62,833 nt of DNA, filler included, from Diploschistes diacapsis (GCA_023645945.1; 13 parts of 13 records of this genome joined end to end with filler, not necessarily neighbours in it); one strand, 5' to 3'; shown: positions 11,333-23,990, counted from the whole stretch's first letter. Made by a program: numbers and translations. The notes: generated from the letters alone by a model not told the origin.

Positions 11333-14113
11333 TTACTTCACTCTCATGAAAATCGAAGTTTCGCAGCAATCAAAAATAAAGAATAGAATGACATTTCGGC
11401 GGCCGCATAATGCTTTATGACGATGACTTAACCGGCTCGCAATATCCTTCTGCACGTAGATCTGACCAAATAAATCGGTAACGTCGATGAAGACGCGGAT
11501 GCTTTTCGTGATACCGGGTCTCTCAATCACTGCACCTAATCTTTCCAGTGCCAGTTCCATACAGCCTCGTTCAAATTCGGCTATAGCCATCAGCTCTTCC
11601 TTCATCGCCTGTACCGAATTGAGGGCCTCCGCCTCTTCTATTTCGATCTTGTTGTCAGCAGGGGCTTCAGCCTCGGCAGAATGAATATCAAACTCGAAGT
11701 GCGGCTTTGAGTCAAGCTGTTCACTGGAGTTCTCGAAGAACTCTGCAAAATCGAGGCTGTTGAGATTTCCTTCCTCGGTATCACGTGCCGAGGAACCATA
11801 ATCATTATACTGCCTACACATGGTAGCGAGATGCCGAGCCAGACCTTGGCTTAGGTATCTGCTCTGAGGTCGTTCGAATGTTGACTCGTCAGATTTGCCT
11901 ACAAGGCAAATGAAGAATAGAAATGAAAATGGGCAGCTGGTATTATCTGCGGCAGTCGAACGTACCCATTTGAAGTAGTCGTTTTGTGAGAGGCATGCAC
12001 GGGACTTGTGTCTTGATTGCGTCCCGGACTTCTTCGACGCCCTAAGTCTTTCGTTGTCAACATTCTGAATTAGGTGTGCGAGTAAGAAGTTGTAAAGTTC
12101 GACGGCAAGATTTGTTCGGATCCAAGAAGGAGCCCGAAGAACAACTGGATGCTGGAGTATATGCTCGATGTATGTCGAAATAGTGGAACAGGTCTTGCTC
12201 AAAAGTTCTGATGTTGGAGAACCGTTATTTCGATCCGGAAAGAATGGTCCTGATGAGGCCTCGCGGATACCGCCAAGTAACTCTAGACCGAGCAGAGAAA
12301 CATAACAGTCATTAATTCCGCAACCATCTTGAATCCTAAACACCAATGATCTGAGTTCCGACTTCGATAAGCGCAGGACCACTGTCTCCATGTATTCATC
12401 GATCTGATAGTTCAGCATTGAAAGGTAGATCATCTCCCAAAGGGTTTCTGGGCTTAAGCTCTGCCCAAATTTTCCGTTACAGATAGTCCATATGATTGGA
12501 ATATATGGAAGATATTTATCCGTGGTCATGGGCATTTGCGCGCGGGGAAAGATGTCGGATCTGGACTGGTAAAGGCGTCTTGTAAAGTAGTTCGCCTCAA
12601 GGAAGGCTATCTCAATATACTCCGAAGATGACTTTCCGAAGAGCGGAAGGTTGATCAGCATTTGCTTCATCTGCGTGGAGTTCTCTGCTGGTAAGACAAA
12701 AAGTCCCCGGAGTCGATCGCTCCAATCAAATCGCTCAATGGAGATTTGAAGAGCCGTCAGTTGATATACCTTCTTCAGAAGCATGGAACCGTAGGTTACT
12801 TTCTCTACCCACAAGTAATCGTTGTTTTGATTCGTTCCCAAGTGTGAAATGTAATTCCGGGCCCTTTCAAACGCCTGAATTAGCAATAAGTTTAATTCGC
12901 TGCTCCATGGATGGTGTAGAAATATTGCTATCATGATGGTACAGTATGCCGTTTCTTCGGTACAATCTCCCCAAGACCCATTCATTCGCTGGTTGCTTAA
13001 TGTTCTCGAAAGCAAACCACAAACCGCAGTGACTAATCTTTCCTGGGGGATATCTGGATCAGGTTCTATGATCCCTCTTTCCGTCTTCTGAAACAAGTGC
13101 ATGAATACTTCCGAGAGCAGCATCAAAGAATAATACGGAGACAAGTTCCATTTATCCGAGATCTTTCCGGAATCCCATTGTGCTAGCAAGAATGTAATTG
13201 TTTGTTTTATTAACGGAGTATATTGCCTAAGAGATGTTGAATGAAGTAAAGCGAGAAGTACGTTACAGTTTGCACTAAAGCTTGGGTTTCGTTCCGAAGG
13301 ATACGTCTTGAAGCAGGAAGATGACTTGAACCTTTTAATCATAGGCTGAGGGTCGGTCTCGACGCCGAGATGATGTAGCGCAAGTATAGCACGGGCAGTA
13401 TCATCAGAGTCTTCCAGAATTCCTGGCGCAAACCCCACCAAGCCATGTTGGATACGGATCACGTTTCCAAGGAAGGACGATAGAGTCTCGACAACATTAA
13501 TGTCAAGTTCATTCACCTTGACCGAGAAGGGTAGAGAGGGTCTAGTGGCGTCAGCTCATTAAGCGAACATTCCCATATGCCGTCGCAAAGGCGCCCAAGA
13601 TATGGCCAGGAAACACTCACCCAAGCAATCTCAAACACGCAGGTAGGAAAAGCACTTGGCACAGTCCCATTGCCCGATGCCCTTAGTGTTGCTCTTAGAT
13701 AGGATTCAGCTTTGTCATCCCAGCTTGAGCAGTATATCAAGTATGCCGCTGTTGCTGAGGGTGATCCGAACATTCCAGTCTTTTTGGTACAATGGTGACC
13801 GACCTGGTCGAAATCGATAAGCCCTATCAAAGCCTCGAGAGAATGCAGTAGAGTATGGGCCTGATCTGCATAAACGATTTCTGGTTCGAAACACTTGACC
13901 TTTTCCTCATGTAACTCAAGCAAACGTCGATGCCCAGCGAACTTGAAACGAATGCCATGCTGCTCCAGCAGGCGTAATAGGCAAGGTACTAGAATCTCGA
14001 ATCCCACTTGTACTGTATCTCCTATAGACCAGGTTTGGAGCATGTAGGTTAAACCCAGACAAGCCCTGTCGATGCGGTCAGATAGCCTACCGTTAACGAA
14101 AGAGCCAGCTTTG
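11333..14113 (-). pseudogene. Bifunctional class II/class I diterpene cyclase (fungal CPS/KS family), 5'-interrupted by a Copia LTR and probably frameshifted
   Basis: VGFEIL, TLLHSLEA, GSPSATAAYL, DSDDTA (DXDD), ERNPSFSANCNVL, DKWNLSPYY, LWVEKVTY, YQIDEYME, RQYNDYGS..RD..EGNLNS; frame open up to the LTR edge at 14113; N-terminal part absent. Confidence 0.88.
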
Positions 14114-14568
14114 TGTCAGTTATATTGGTGGAGAAGAAGGATCGTATTATTCTTTGCAAGAGATGTTTGTAAGCGGATTATATACATTCTGTATGACTAA
14201 TCATGTCCCTTTGCTCTTTCTCACATTCCCCCTAATTCGGTTGTATTGTATCTTCGTATATTCTTTTTAAAAAGTCTGAGATATCCGATGCAGCTTCTTC
14301 TTCGGGGAGCTTCGCCTTAGGCTTAAATCTTAAACGGGTTTTCTTTCTTTTATTTTCTTTTATTTTTATTATTTTCTTATTCTCTTTTATTTTTAGGTTT
14401 TTATAGCCTTTATTATCGAAGTATTTAAATATCGTTTTAACGTTAGAAAGATTCTTTAAGTATATTTAAATAATAATATTTATATTCGGTAATATTGTAA
14501 TACGCAGAACCCAATAAGGGCTACCAGGGGGTATGCCAAGCATATACCAAGGCCCGCTAGCGTGTTCT
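14114..14568 (-). mobile_element. Copia-type LTR element 3' end: LTR 14114-14225, PPT 14226-14233, RIP-mutated internal region to contig end
   Basis: Minus strand reads AGGGGGAA-TGTGAG...AACTGACA (112 bp), highly similar to LTRs at 54510 and 57255. Confidence 0.85.
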
Positions 14569-15757
14569 NNNNNNNNNNNNNNNNNNNNNNNNNNNNNNNN
14601 NNNNNNNNNNNNTTAATTAATTAANNNNNNNNNNNNNNNNNNNNNNNNNNNNNNNNNNNNNNNNNNNNGGAGGAGGGAGGGAGCTTACTGGAGAATTCAC
14701 GGTCCGACATAACGAGATTGTAGGAGTAAAGAGTCACACAATCGTATTCAAGAAGGAATGTTAGCGCTTGAGATTCATCGTTGTTAAGAGATATGGGGGG
14801 GCACCGTAAAGCTGGGGTGCTTGGCAGAACGTCAAGGCGGTGTGTTTTCTGCCACTCCGCTGGTGAGGCTCACTGGGATCCACTAACTAATTACTTTCTA
14901 TTTCGTTTCAAATTTTCTTTTTCCATATTCAGATTTTTACAAAATCCACGGAGCGATAAAGCGATGAAATGCTATTGACGTTTCCAATCCTAGGAGTAGG
15001 TGTTCAAGCTATTTTCCAGCTTCCCTAAACCTTTTCCTTATCGTGATGAACTTCTGTGTCGCCCCTATCAGATCGAGAGCTCAAGCTCTCTTGGTGATTT
15101 ACCTGTCCAAGCCAAACGGACTTTCTGATCCTCAAATATTCCACTCACCGTTTGTTCGAGAAACATGCGCTTTCTGTGCTGACCATTCTTTTCAAGCAGG
15201 TATCGAATTGCCCGTCGAACCTTACAATCGCTTTGCTTGTGGTAAGCCTTACCCACTCTTTGAAGACGCAATTCTATGATGAGCAACAATTTTGTACTAT
15301 CAAATACCGATGTCCAATGACGAACAAAATAATGGTTCGATTACCTGAAACATACCTGGCTGTCCACGGTCCATTAATCCATTAAGATTATAGACTCGCT
15401 AACGAAAGACGTAGCTGATGTCCAGATGGATTATGTAGAATGTCTACATCAGCGATTATGGTAAGCCGACACCCCTTCCTCAAATGCACAGCTCATGATG
15501 TACTCAATATATTCTATGCTAAACCTGACCACTAATGCTGAAAACCTTTCGGGTCTTTTCATCTTTCGTCTGAAGCTATTAAATACTTCCCTTGTGAAAG
15601 AGGTTTTCCGCTGATTGCATGCTAACTATCCATGCCTACAGAATGTTACCATCATCAGTCTTTTCAATAGAAATGAAGAAGTTGCTTATGATCTTCTCTT
15701 CCAAAACATTACCTCCTCTTTTTTGTATCTTGTGAAAAGCAGCTTGTTGACCGATGC

Positions 15758-16649
15758 TTATGTATCTTGGAAGGGCCTAGCAATATCCGAGTCCCAGCTA
15801 AGGCCATTAGCAAACCTTCCTTATGATCCTGGATTACCTACCGGAACGCTTGCCCACTTAGTTCTTTCGGAGCATTAAGTACAAGTCGAGCCATCACGTT
15901 CCCAGGTTGCTCAGGTTTGACCAGCTTACCCTCTTCGCGAAGACTTGAGAATCTCTTACGATCTTTCTCGTCCATGGCAGCTGCATGCTTCTCACGAATG
16001 TCTTTCTGCATATCTGTGTCGACTGTTCCGGGCTCAACGGAGACAGTAGTGATTCCCACCTCTTCGACTGCCAGCGTATCCCCCAAAGATTTGAGTGCTG
16101 CTTTGGATGCACCGTATGCGCCCCAAGCGGCGTACGAATGCCTAGCGGCTCCCGAGGATGTCAGGACAATCCTACCTCGTGTTTTGCGCAACGAGGGCAA
16201 TATCGCGTGTACCTAAGATCTGTCAGCTGACTCCTGAAAAAATCCGCCGGGCTCACTAAAGATATTGCACTGAACAGGTTAATGTCGAAGCACTTTCTCC
16301 ATTTTTCTGCCGTGCTTTCTGCAATCCTCTCTACTGGCTCCATTATCCCATGATTGATGACGAGTCCGTTTATTTGGCCGAATTCTGATTCTGCAGTCTC
16401 AGCAATGGTCTTGGCCAAAGCAGGGTCTGTTATATCTCCGGCAATCAACCTAATCTGCCTCGGTGTTTCCGCTCGGAATCTCTCAAGAGCGGCTTCTGTT
16501 CTAGCCGTGACTACCACGTTGTGACCTTCCTGGACTAAGAAACGAGCAATTGCAAGTCCGAGCCCTTTGATATCTCAACTTTTCGCGTTTCTTTCACGTT
16601 TAAGAATCTTACCACGTGATGCGCCAGTAATCACTACTGTCTTTGCCAT
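15758..16649 (-). CDS. Short-chain dehydrogenase/reductase (yeast YIR035C/Irc24-like); 4 exons
   Basis: MAKTVVITGASRG-LGLAIA (TGxxxGxG split by intron), VINHG, TSSGAA, YGASKAA (YxxxK), PGTVDTDMQ. Confidence 0.9.
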
Positions 16650-16938
16650 GTTTACACCGCAGTTGCTAGTTTTTCAATGCCTTTGTGGGTTAAAGAAGGC
16701 AGTCCATGTCTCTTTGAGGGGCGTGATATCCACCAAAATAAGAATGTTAGAGCTATGGAATCTGTCTGTACTTTGCTAATATGAAGGTTCAAAAGAGACA
16801 TAGAAGTGGGGCAGTTGAGTTTTCTGAAGCCCCACCGCAGTGTTGGTTATGATCAGCTTCTGTCCATTCTGACAAATTTGCCACGACTCTGCTCCTTCTT
16901 CATAATATCCGGGATACTTGGGCATTGTTACCGAGCCT

Positions 16939-18233
16939 ATGGCTGTTGTAATTATAGGAGGCGGCATCATTGGCTGGGCAACAGCTTTCTACCTCACCCG
17001 GGAGCCCTCCACTACCGCTGCCAACAGTATTCATGTCGTCGAATCCACGACGACACCAATCTCATCGGCTTCAGGGTATGCTGCCGGCTTTATAGCTAGG
17101 GACTGGTTCTCACACTCCTCTGCTGCTCTTGGAGCCTTGAGCTTTGGTCTTCACAAAGAGCTTGCCGAAAAGCACGGAGGTGCAGAGAAATGGGGTTATT
17201 CCAGGAGTACTTCGGCTTCTTTTGAAAGGAATCCCTTCATTCATGGTGAAAATTGGGTAGAAAGTGGAAGCAGGGCTGAAGTTGCGGGCACCTTTCATGA
17301 GGCGAAGCCTGATAGTCTGCCGACCTGGCTCAAGCGGACGAGGCACGATGAGCTCGATGTTATAGGCAGAGACGACGCAGCTGCTCAAGTGTAACCAAGC
17401 CGTACATGACTATTGCCGACTTCTGACCCTGAGTCACATCTAGTGACCCCTTGCGCCTCTCAACGTTTCTCCTAGAGACTGCCACAACTTGTGGTGTCCA
17501 CTACCACGGCGGAGCCAAGCCAGTCTCCATCTCCCTTTCCTCCGAGAACAGTCCTACCTCAATCACCATCGCTTCTTCAACAGACTCAACACAAACCACC
17601 CAGCTCCCCTGCTCCCGCCTCATCATCACGGCCGGTGCCTGGACCCCCACAGTATACGAAACCCTCTTCCCCCACGATTCGACCCGCATCCCAATCTCCC
17701 AGCTAGCAGGCCACTCCCTCCTGCTCCGCACCCCACTCTGGAAAGCAGGCGACGAGCTCGCCAAGCAACAAGCCAACGGCGGGCCCAGCCCCTCCCTCTC
17801 CCAGGGCGGATGCCACGCCGTCTTCAGCTCCGCCGTGGGCCCCGACGGTCGGGGAGACTGGTCTCCCGAGGTCTTCTCCCGCGCGGGCGGCGAGATATAC
17901 ATCGCCGGTCTGAACGATCCGGCTCTCCGTCTTCCGGAGCTGGCGACGGACAGGAAGCTGGAGCCGGAGAAAGTGAAGATTCTCATGGAGGAGGCGGGAA
18001 GGTTGATTGGGGTCGGGGATGCGGAGGAGCTGGAGGTGCTGAGGGAGGGGTTGTGCTTTAGGCCGGTGACGAAGAGGGGCACGCCGATCGTGGCGCAGGT
18101 GAGGCCGAGGGTGTGGGTGGCGGCGGGGCATGGTCCGTGGGGGATCAGCATGAGTTTGGGGACGGGGAAGGTGGTTAGTGAGATGGTGGAGGGGAGGGTG
18201 ACGAGTGCTGATGTTAGTGGGTTGGGGCTGTAG
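16939..18233 (+). CDS. FAD-dependent oxidoreductase, DAO/Tda3-like; intron 17391-17443
   Basis: VVIIGGGIIG FAD motif, SASGYAAGF, AQVDP across splice, GLCFRPVT, AAGHGPWGISMSLGTGKV. Confidence 0.9.
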
Positions 18234-18474
18234 GAGTTTGGCTATGATTTTTTGCATGGACTTGTCGAGAATGCAAACGTAATCATAGTTAGTTTTGTAG
18301 TTAGTTTTGTTGTGCGAACGATGGATGCTTGTATGAAAACACATCTGCCGAAGCACCGTGCGCGGACATGATGACGCTTCTATGTACAGTTGATAACGCT
18401 GGAGCCCCGCGGGATACTTCCACATACAACCCAGTTTCTCACCTGACGTCTTGGCCTTCACCCTCTTCCTTCTT

Positions 18475-19378
18475 TTATAACGCATTCTTTGGCTTCCTAG
18501 CAACCATCAAATACATGGGCGTAAAGAGCTTTTGCTTCCCGCCCGCCACTAGACAGTCCGCCGCCACCGCCAAGCTACCTGCCGTCTTCTGCGTCCCCCT
18601 CGGCGCGATCCGCAGCGTCTCCAGCCCTCCAATGAACTGGTGTATCAACCCTCGCCCCCATTTCGTCATCCTCGCCACCGTGAACAGATCCCAGACGCTG
18701 CCCATCAGGTGAAAGTCCCCCGCAAGCGGATAATACCACGGCGTCGGGTCGGGCCTGTCCGCCAGGTCCTCGTGAAGCTCGAGCTCGAAGCCGGCGGCCT
18801 TGATCGCAGCCAGGGCCTCGGACACCTTGACCATGTTGCTGATACCGTCGCCCTGCTCTATACCCAGCCGGATCTCGCGATGCGCCTTGTTGGCATCGTC
18901 GTACGCATCCGTCATCAGCCACTCGTACACGCCGAAGACGCCGCCGGGCTTCAGCACGCGGAAGATCTGCCCGTACACGCCCTCGAGGCTGGGCGCGTGG
19001 ACCGTGGCCTCGATGGCGTAGACGGCGTCGAAGGAGTCGGGCGGGAACGACATCTGCATGAAGTCGCCCTTGACGAAGTCGAGCTTGTGGCCGAGCCCCT
19101 CCTTGTCGGCGTAGCGCGTCGCGCGCGCGATCTGGTAGTCGTTGTTGTTCAGCCCCGTGATGTTGGCGCCGGAGAACTTGCAGATCTCGCGCGCGGGGCC
19201 GCCCACGCCGCAGCCGACGTCCAGCACCTTCATGTTGTCGCGCAGGCCCATCATGTGCGCGAGGTAGTGCTCGTGCCGGGCGATGGCCTGGTGGAAGCCC
19301 TCGCCGTAGGCGAAGCGGCAGAAGTGGAAGGACGCGCCCCAGCCGTATTCGTAGAGGTCCGTGGCTAGGTTGTAGTAG
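18475..19378 (-). CDS. ERG6: Sterol 24-C-methyltransferase, 5' exons lost at contig break
   Basis: [67 protein letters not shown]. Confidence 0.96.
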
Positions 19379-22300
19379 CTGCGGAGAAGGGGCGTGAGCC
19401 ATTTGCCGAAGCTGGTGTGGAAGNNNNNNNNNNNNNNNNNNNNNNNNNNNNNNNNNNNNNNNNNNNNTTAATTAATTAANNNNNNNNNNNNNNNNNNNNN
19501 NNNNNNNNNNNNNNNNNNNNNNNTAATAATTCTAACGAGAACGCATCGTACAAATTTAATATTAATAGTCGAACCATTAAACGATAAAAGTACTTTTAGA
19601 AGAAAGCTCTCGTAATTAACGATAAGAACCATCAAGATTATAAACGATTGGACGAGTACGGAGATTTCGAGTGCAATTACGAAGGATATCGCGACGGGAA
19701 ATACGTTCTATATAATAAATTAATAATCGATATAACCTTCGTACGATATTACGAATACGTTTTATTAAATACATAATATCAGAATCATTATTTTATATAC
19801 GACTATATTAATAAGAACTATAAAACGCATTTCTACAATATAGGGAAAGAAGAGAACCTAAAACCACCCTTTACGAACGGAAAGGACGTTATATTAAAAA
19901 TCTATTTCGCGTACGAAACGTGTAAGAACGGAAGGTACAAACATCTATTATATTTAACATTCACGTTACCGCGAAACTGCCGAGATAATAACTACATAAT
20001 CCCAATATACCACGACTAAAAACTCCGAGACGGCATAACTCAGAAGCTAAAACTAACGGACGAAGACTCAATATACCCAATACACGTTTTATAAAGTTAC
20101 CGCTTCTGTAGGGCTACAAACTATAAATATCATAATAGAGGATTCTCCTACCCTACTAACAAAAACATTATAAAAAAAGCCAAAACTTTTTAGTTATAAG
20201 TCGAACTGAAGAGCTATACGTTATAAATATAAGTATTAACGCGCGGACTCAAATACGGAAAATTTAGACCGATCTCGAAATCGGATCAGATCGACAAACT
20301 ATACGGGTATTAATCGATCCTAATATTACGATAAATATTATCTCAATTACTTATACATAAAAATTAAAAATAAAGAATTACGAATTAAAAAAGAAATATA
20401 ATATCGAAACCGTAATAAAACGTAACGTTATACGAATTATTAAACGTACGTTCCCGTTAATAATCAGAATCTTAAGATATATTAAAAAACTTACCTTCGA
20501 TATAATAAAAATGGCCGTTTACGATATCATCCTCGGAAATCCTTAACTAAATATTTACAACCCGTCAATCAATTTTAAGACACGGACTTTCGATATAAAT
20601 AAATATACGTATATTAATACATCCCGCCCGAATGTAGTCATAACAATTACGGCGGATAAAAAAGAAGTATTATATAATACTCCCCGAAAAAAAATCAAGA
20701 AAAACCTTAACTAACAAATTCGATATCGTGAGATAAAGACACGAATCAACAAGAATATTAATAAAAAAAAAAATAACTACCTTTCAAAAATCCCTAAAAA
20801 ATATTAATAATAACTACACCTCTTTTAAAAAAAGATAGGCTTACGAACGCTACTTAAATACAAACCTTAAAACCATATTATCGAACTTATAGACGAAAAG
20901 ACCCCAAAATTTAGACCACTTTATAAAACATTAGTAATAAAGCTGAAATTCTTTAAACAATATTTCCAAGAAATGCTCGAGAAAGGACACATTCATAAAT
21001 CCAAATTACCAATATTATTTCCAATCATTTTCGTACCGAAACCTAACGGCAGAAAAAGATTTATTCTTCGACCTTATATCGACTTCCGGAAACTTAACGT
21101 TATTACTATAAAAAATCGATATCCTATACCGAACATTCAAGAATTACGAGATCGATTATATAACGTAAAATGATTTACGAAATTAAACTAACGAACAAAC
21201 TTTAATCTTATACGCATAAAAGAAGATAAAGAATAAAAAACGGCATTCAGAACACGTTACGGGTTATTCAAGTATTTAATAATATTTTTTAACTTAACCA
21301 ACGTATTAACTACCGAACAGAAATTTATAAACGATATATTACGCGATATCTTAAACGATTACATGATTTCTTATTTAGACGACATCTTAGTCTATTCTAA
21401 CGAAACACTCGAAAATCATCGATAAAAAATAAAGGAAATGTTTCGACGTTTTGACGAACGCGATCTTCGCTTAAAACCAAAGAAATATAAATTCTATAAA
21501 ACAGAAGTTAACTTCTTAAAACACGTGGTAAAATAATAAAGCGTTAAGATCGATTCAATAAAAATCAGTTTGATCTTAGAATAATTAACCTCGAAGAACG
21601 TGAAAGATATCTAATCCTTTTTAGGATTTATTAATTACAACCGATAATTTATTAAGAACTATTTAAGAAAAATAGAACCATTAATTAGACTTACACGAAA
21701 AGACTTACCTTTTAAATGGATATTAAAATAAGAACAAGCGTTTCGGAAATTTAAAGACTTTACGATCAACGTACCTATCTTAAGATTTTATAATCCAAAC
21801 AAACCGATACGAATCGAAACCGATGTTTTAAAATAAGCTATAACGGTATACCTACTTCAACCAAACGTTAACGGTAAGTAACGGCTAATAACGTGTTATT
21901 CACGAAAGATATTATTAGTAAAATAAAATTACGACATAAGCGATCAAGAATTATTCGCTATAATCGTAACGTTAAACGAATGGTATATCTACGTACACGA
22001 AATAAAGGAAATCGAAATCTATATAGATTATATGAATTTACTAAAGTTTATAACGATAAAAAAACTTAACCCGAGATAGTTTCGATGGTTAGAAATTTTC
22101 GAACGATATCGTTTCACGATTAAACGGATTATAAATAAAGTTAACGAACGGGTTGATGCGTTTAATCGACGATTAAACTATATGGTCAGAAAACCACGAC
22201 AAGCGAAGTTATTTAAGATTAACGATGACAGATTATTAATAACGGATTTTCAAGAATTCATCGCAGTCATGAATGTCCTCGAAGATTAACAAGAAGAATA

Positions 22301-23432
22301 CCCAATAATTAAGAAGAAGTTATATATCCCCGCGGAAAGGATTTAAGATTATATACGACAATACTATGATTTATCGGAATACGGACATAAGGGTATCACG
22401 AATATTATTAAAGTTATTTAACGAAACTATTATTTCGAAGGAATGAAGAAATAAGTTACGGACTTTATTAAATAATGCGAAAGCTGTCAGAAGAATAAGC
22501 ATTCAATATACAAGAAGTACGGCATCATACAAATCATACTTAAACCACAGAAACGATGACAATCAGTTATAATGGATTTTATTACAAAGCTATCAAAGTC
22601 TAGAGATCTAGTGACAGATATAGAATACGACGTTATTTAAGTAATCGTTAATAGGTTTAATAACAAACCAATATGCCTACCGTTCAAAGAAAATTACAAT
22701 ATATAGAAGCTACACGCAATATAAGTCGATAGAATAATAAGACATAACGAGTATTTAGAAGAAATAATTAGTAATCGAGTGAAGGCTAAGAAATCGACAT
22801 TATTAAAAAAAAGATGTCAAGAATACCGATTCATCCACTAAGACAGCACTACGACTTGAAAGAAAGCACTAAGAAAAAACAAGATAAACACAGTTTAGGA
22901 AAGATTCTTAATTAAAAAAGAAAAATAAGGTCTATTTATTCGCTAATAACCTTCGCTCGCTAAGACCCTTTAAGAAGTTTAACAATAAAAAGGTCGAACC
23001 TTTCTTTATAGACGAATAATCAGAAGTAACGGACGGATAATTAAGGATTTTTTACCGACTCGTCCTTCCATTAGATACGAAACTTAAGATACCGATCTTT
23101 CATATATCTAAACTCGAATCAGTATATTTAAATATATTATTCCAGATCACGTTTCATTTCGAATAAAACGAGAAAACCGAGTACGAAATTAAAGAAATCC
23201 TTAACGATAGCTCTCGAGGTTATTTAATTAAGTAGAAAGGATATCTAAACGATTAATATACGTAAGAATTATAACGGATATTAATTAATTATAAGAACGT
23301 ATTAAAGGCTTATCACGATAAAAAGAAGCGAAAAAAAAACAATAGCACCTTTATAAGAAAAAAAGAAAAAAAAAGAAAAAAGGATTAAAAAATCTTCGGT
23401 AGTGTCGTGAAACATTATTAAAGATATTTCAT

Positions 23433-23505
23433 TAATTTAGGCCGGAATCGAACTAGCGACCTCGCGTTAAACGAACACACGTTTTACCGACTAAACTACT
23501 AAATC
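23433..23505 (-). tRNA. tRNA-like gene or pseudogene (73-nt cloverleaf, nominal anticodon GTT, non-canonical C33/T37) inside the Gypsy element
   Basis: GATTTAG TA GTTT AGTCGGTA AAAC G TGTGT TCGTTTA ACGCG AGGTC GCTAG TTCGATT CCGGC CTAAATT A; all four stems form with canonical spacing; A- and B-box-like motifs. Confidence 0.75.
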
Positions 23506-23599
23506 TAATTATAAAAAAAATACATATAAATAAGTTTTTATATATTAATTTAAAAGAAAAGAGTCGTTATATCGATATTTTTTAATTCTTAATTAATTT

Positions 23600-23990
23600 A
23601 AAAAAATGATAGAGCGTTGAAATACCGGAAATCCTAAAGATTACCCGCGAGCACCATACTGTTGTTCAAGTTTTTAGCCGTTTCTGCCTCCTCATCCAAT
23701 TAATTAATAAAATATTTCGTTTGCTTAATAAATTTCTTTTCGATTAGTTTAAAAATCTTCCGGAATCTTTCTATCCGGGTTTTATATTTTATCAGCTAAG
23801 AAAAAAGCTTCTACCTTTTCTTCTCTTCCGACTTTAACCTAGATTCTGCCTAAACACATATCCTGTCCATAACCTTTCAAGATGTCGAGATGTAGTTCTT
23901 CCGACTGAAGCGAACGTACCTTTCGTAACGAGAAGAAATAAATAGTATAATAATACAGCGATATAAGATTAAATAGTAAAAATAAGGAAA
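23600..23990 (-). pseudogene. RIP-mutated antisense ORF in the Gypsy 3' region: Zn-cluster-like Cys motif plus coiled coil; boundaries approximate
   Basis: Reads FPYFYYLILYRCIIILFISSRYERYVRFSRKNYISTS*KVMDR; reverting TAY to TGY and TGA to TGG gives PCxxC-x5-C...SSRCxxCVRxGRxxC...SW; then a charged helical stretch (EKKFIKQTK...LDEEAETAK). Confidence 0.55.

Noticed and set aside
11333..19378. Apparent terpene biosynthetic cluster (cyclase, SDR, FAD oxidoreductase, methyltransferase)
   Set aside because: An artificial spacer at 14569 separates the cyclase from the rest; the methyltransferase is housekeeping ERG6 and the other two belong to widely conserved families.
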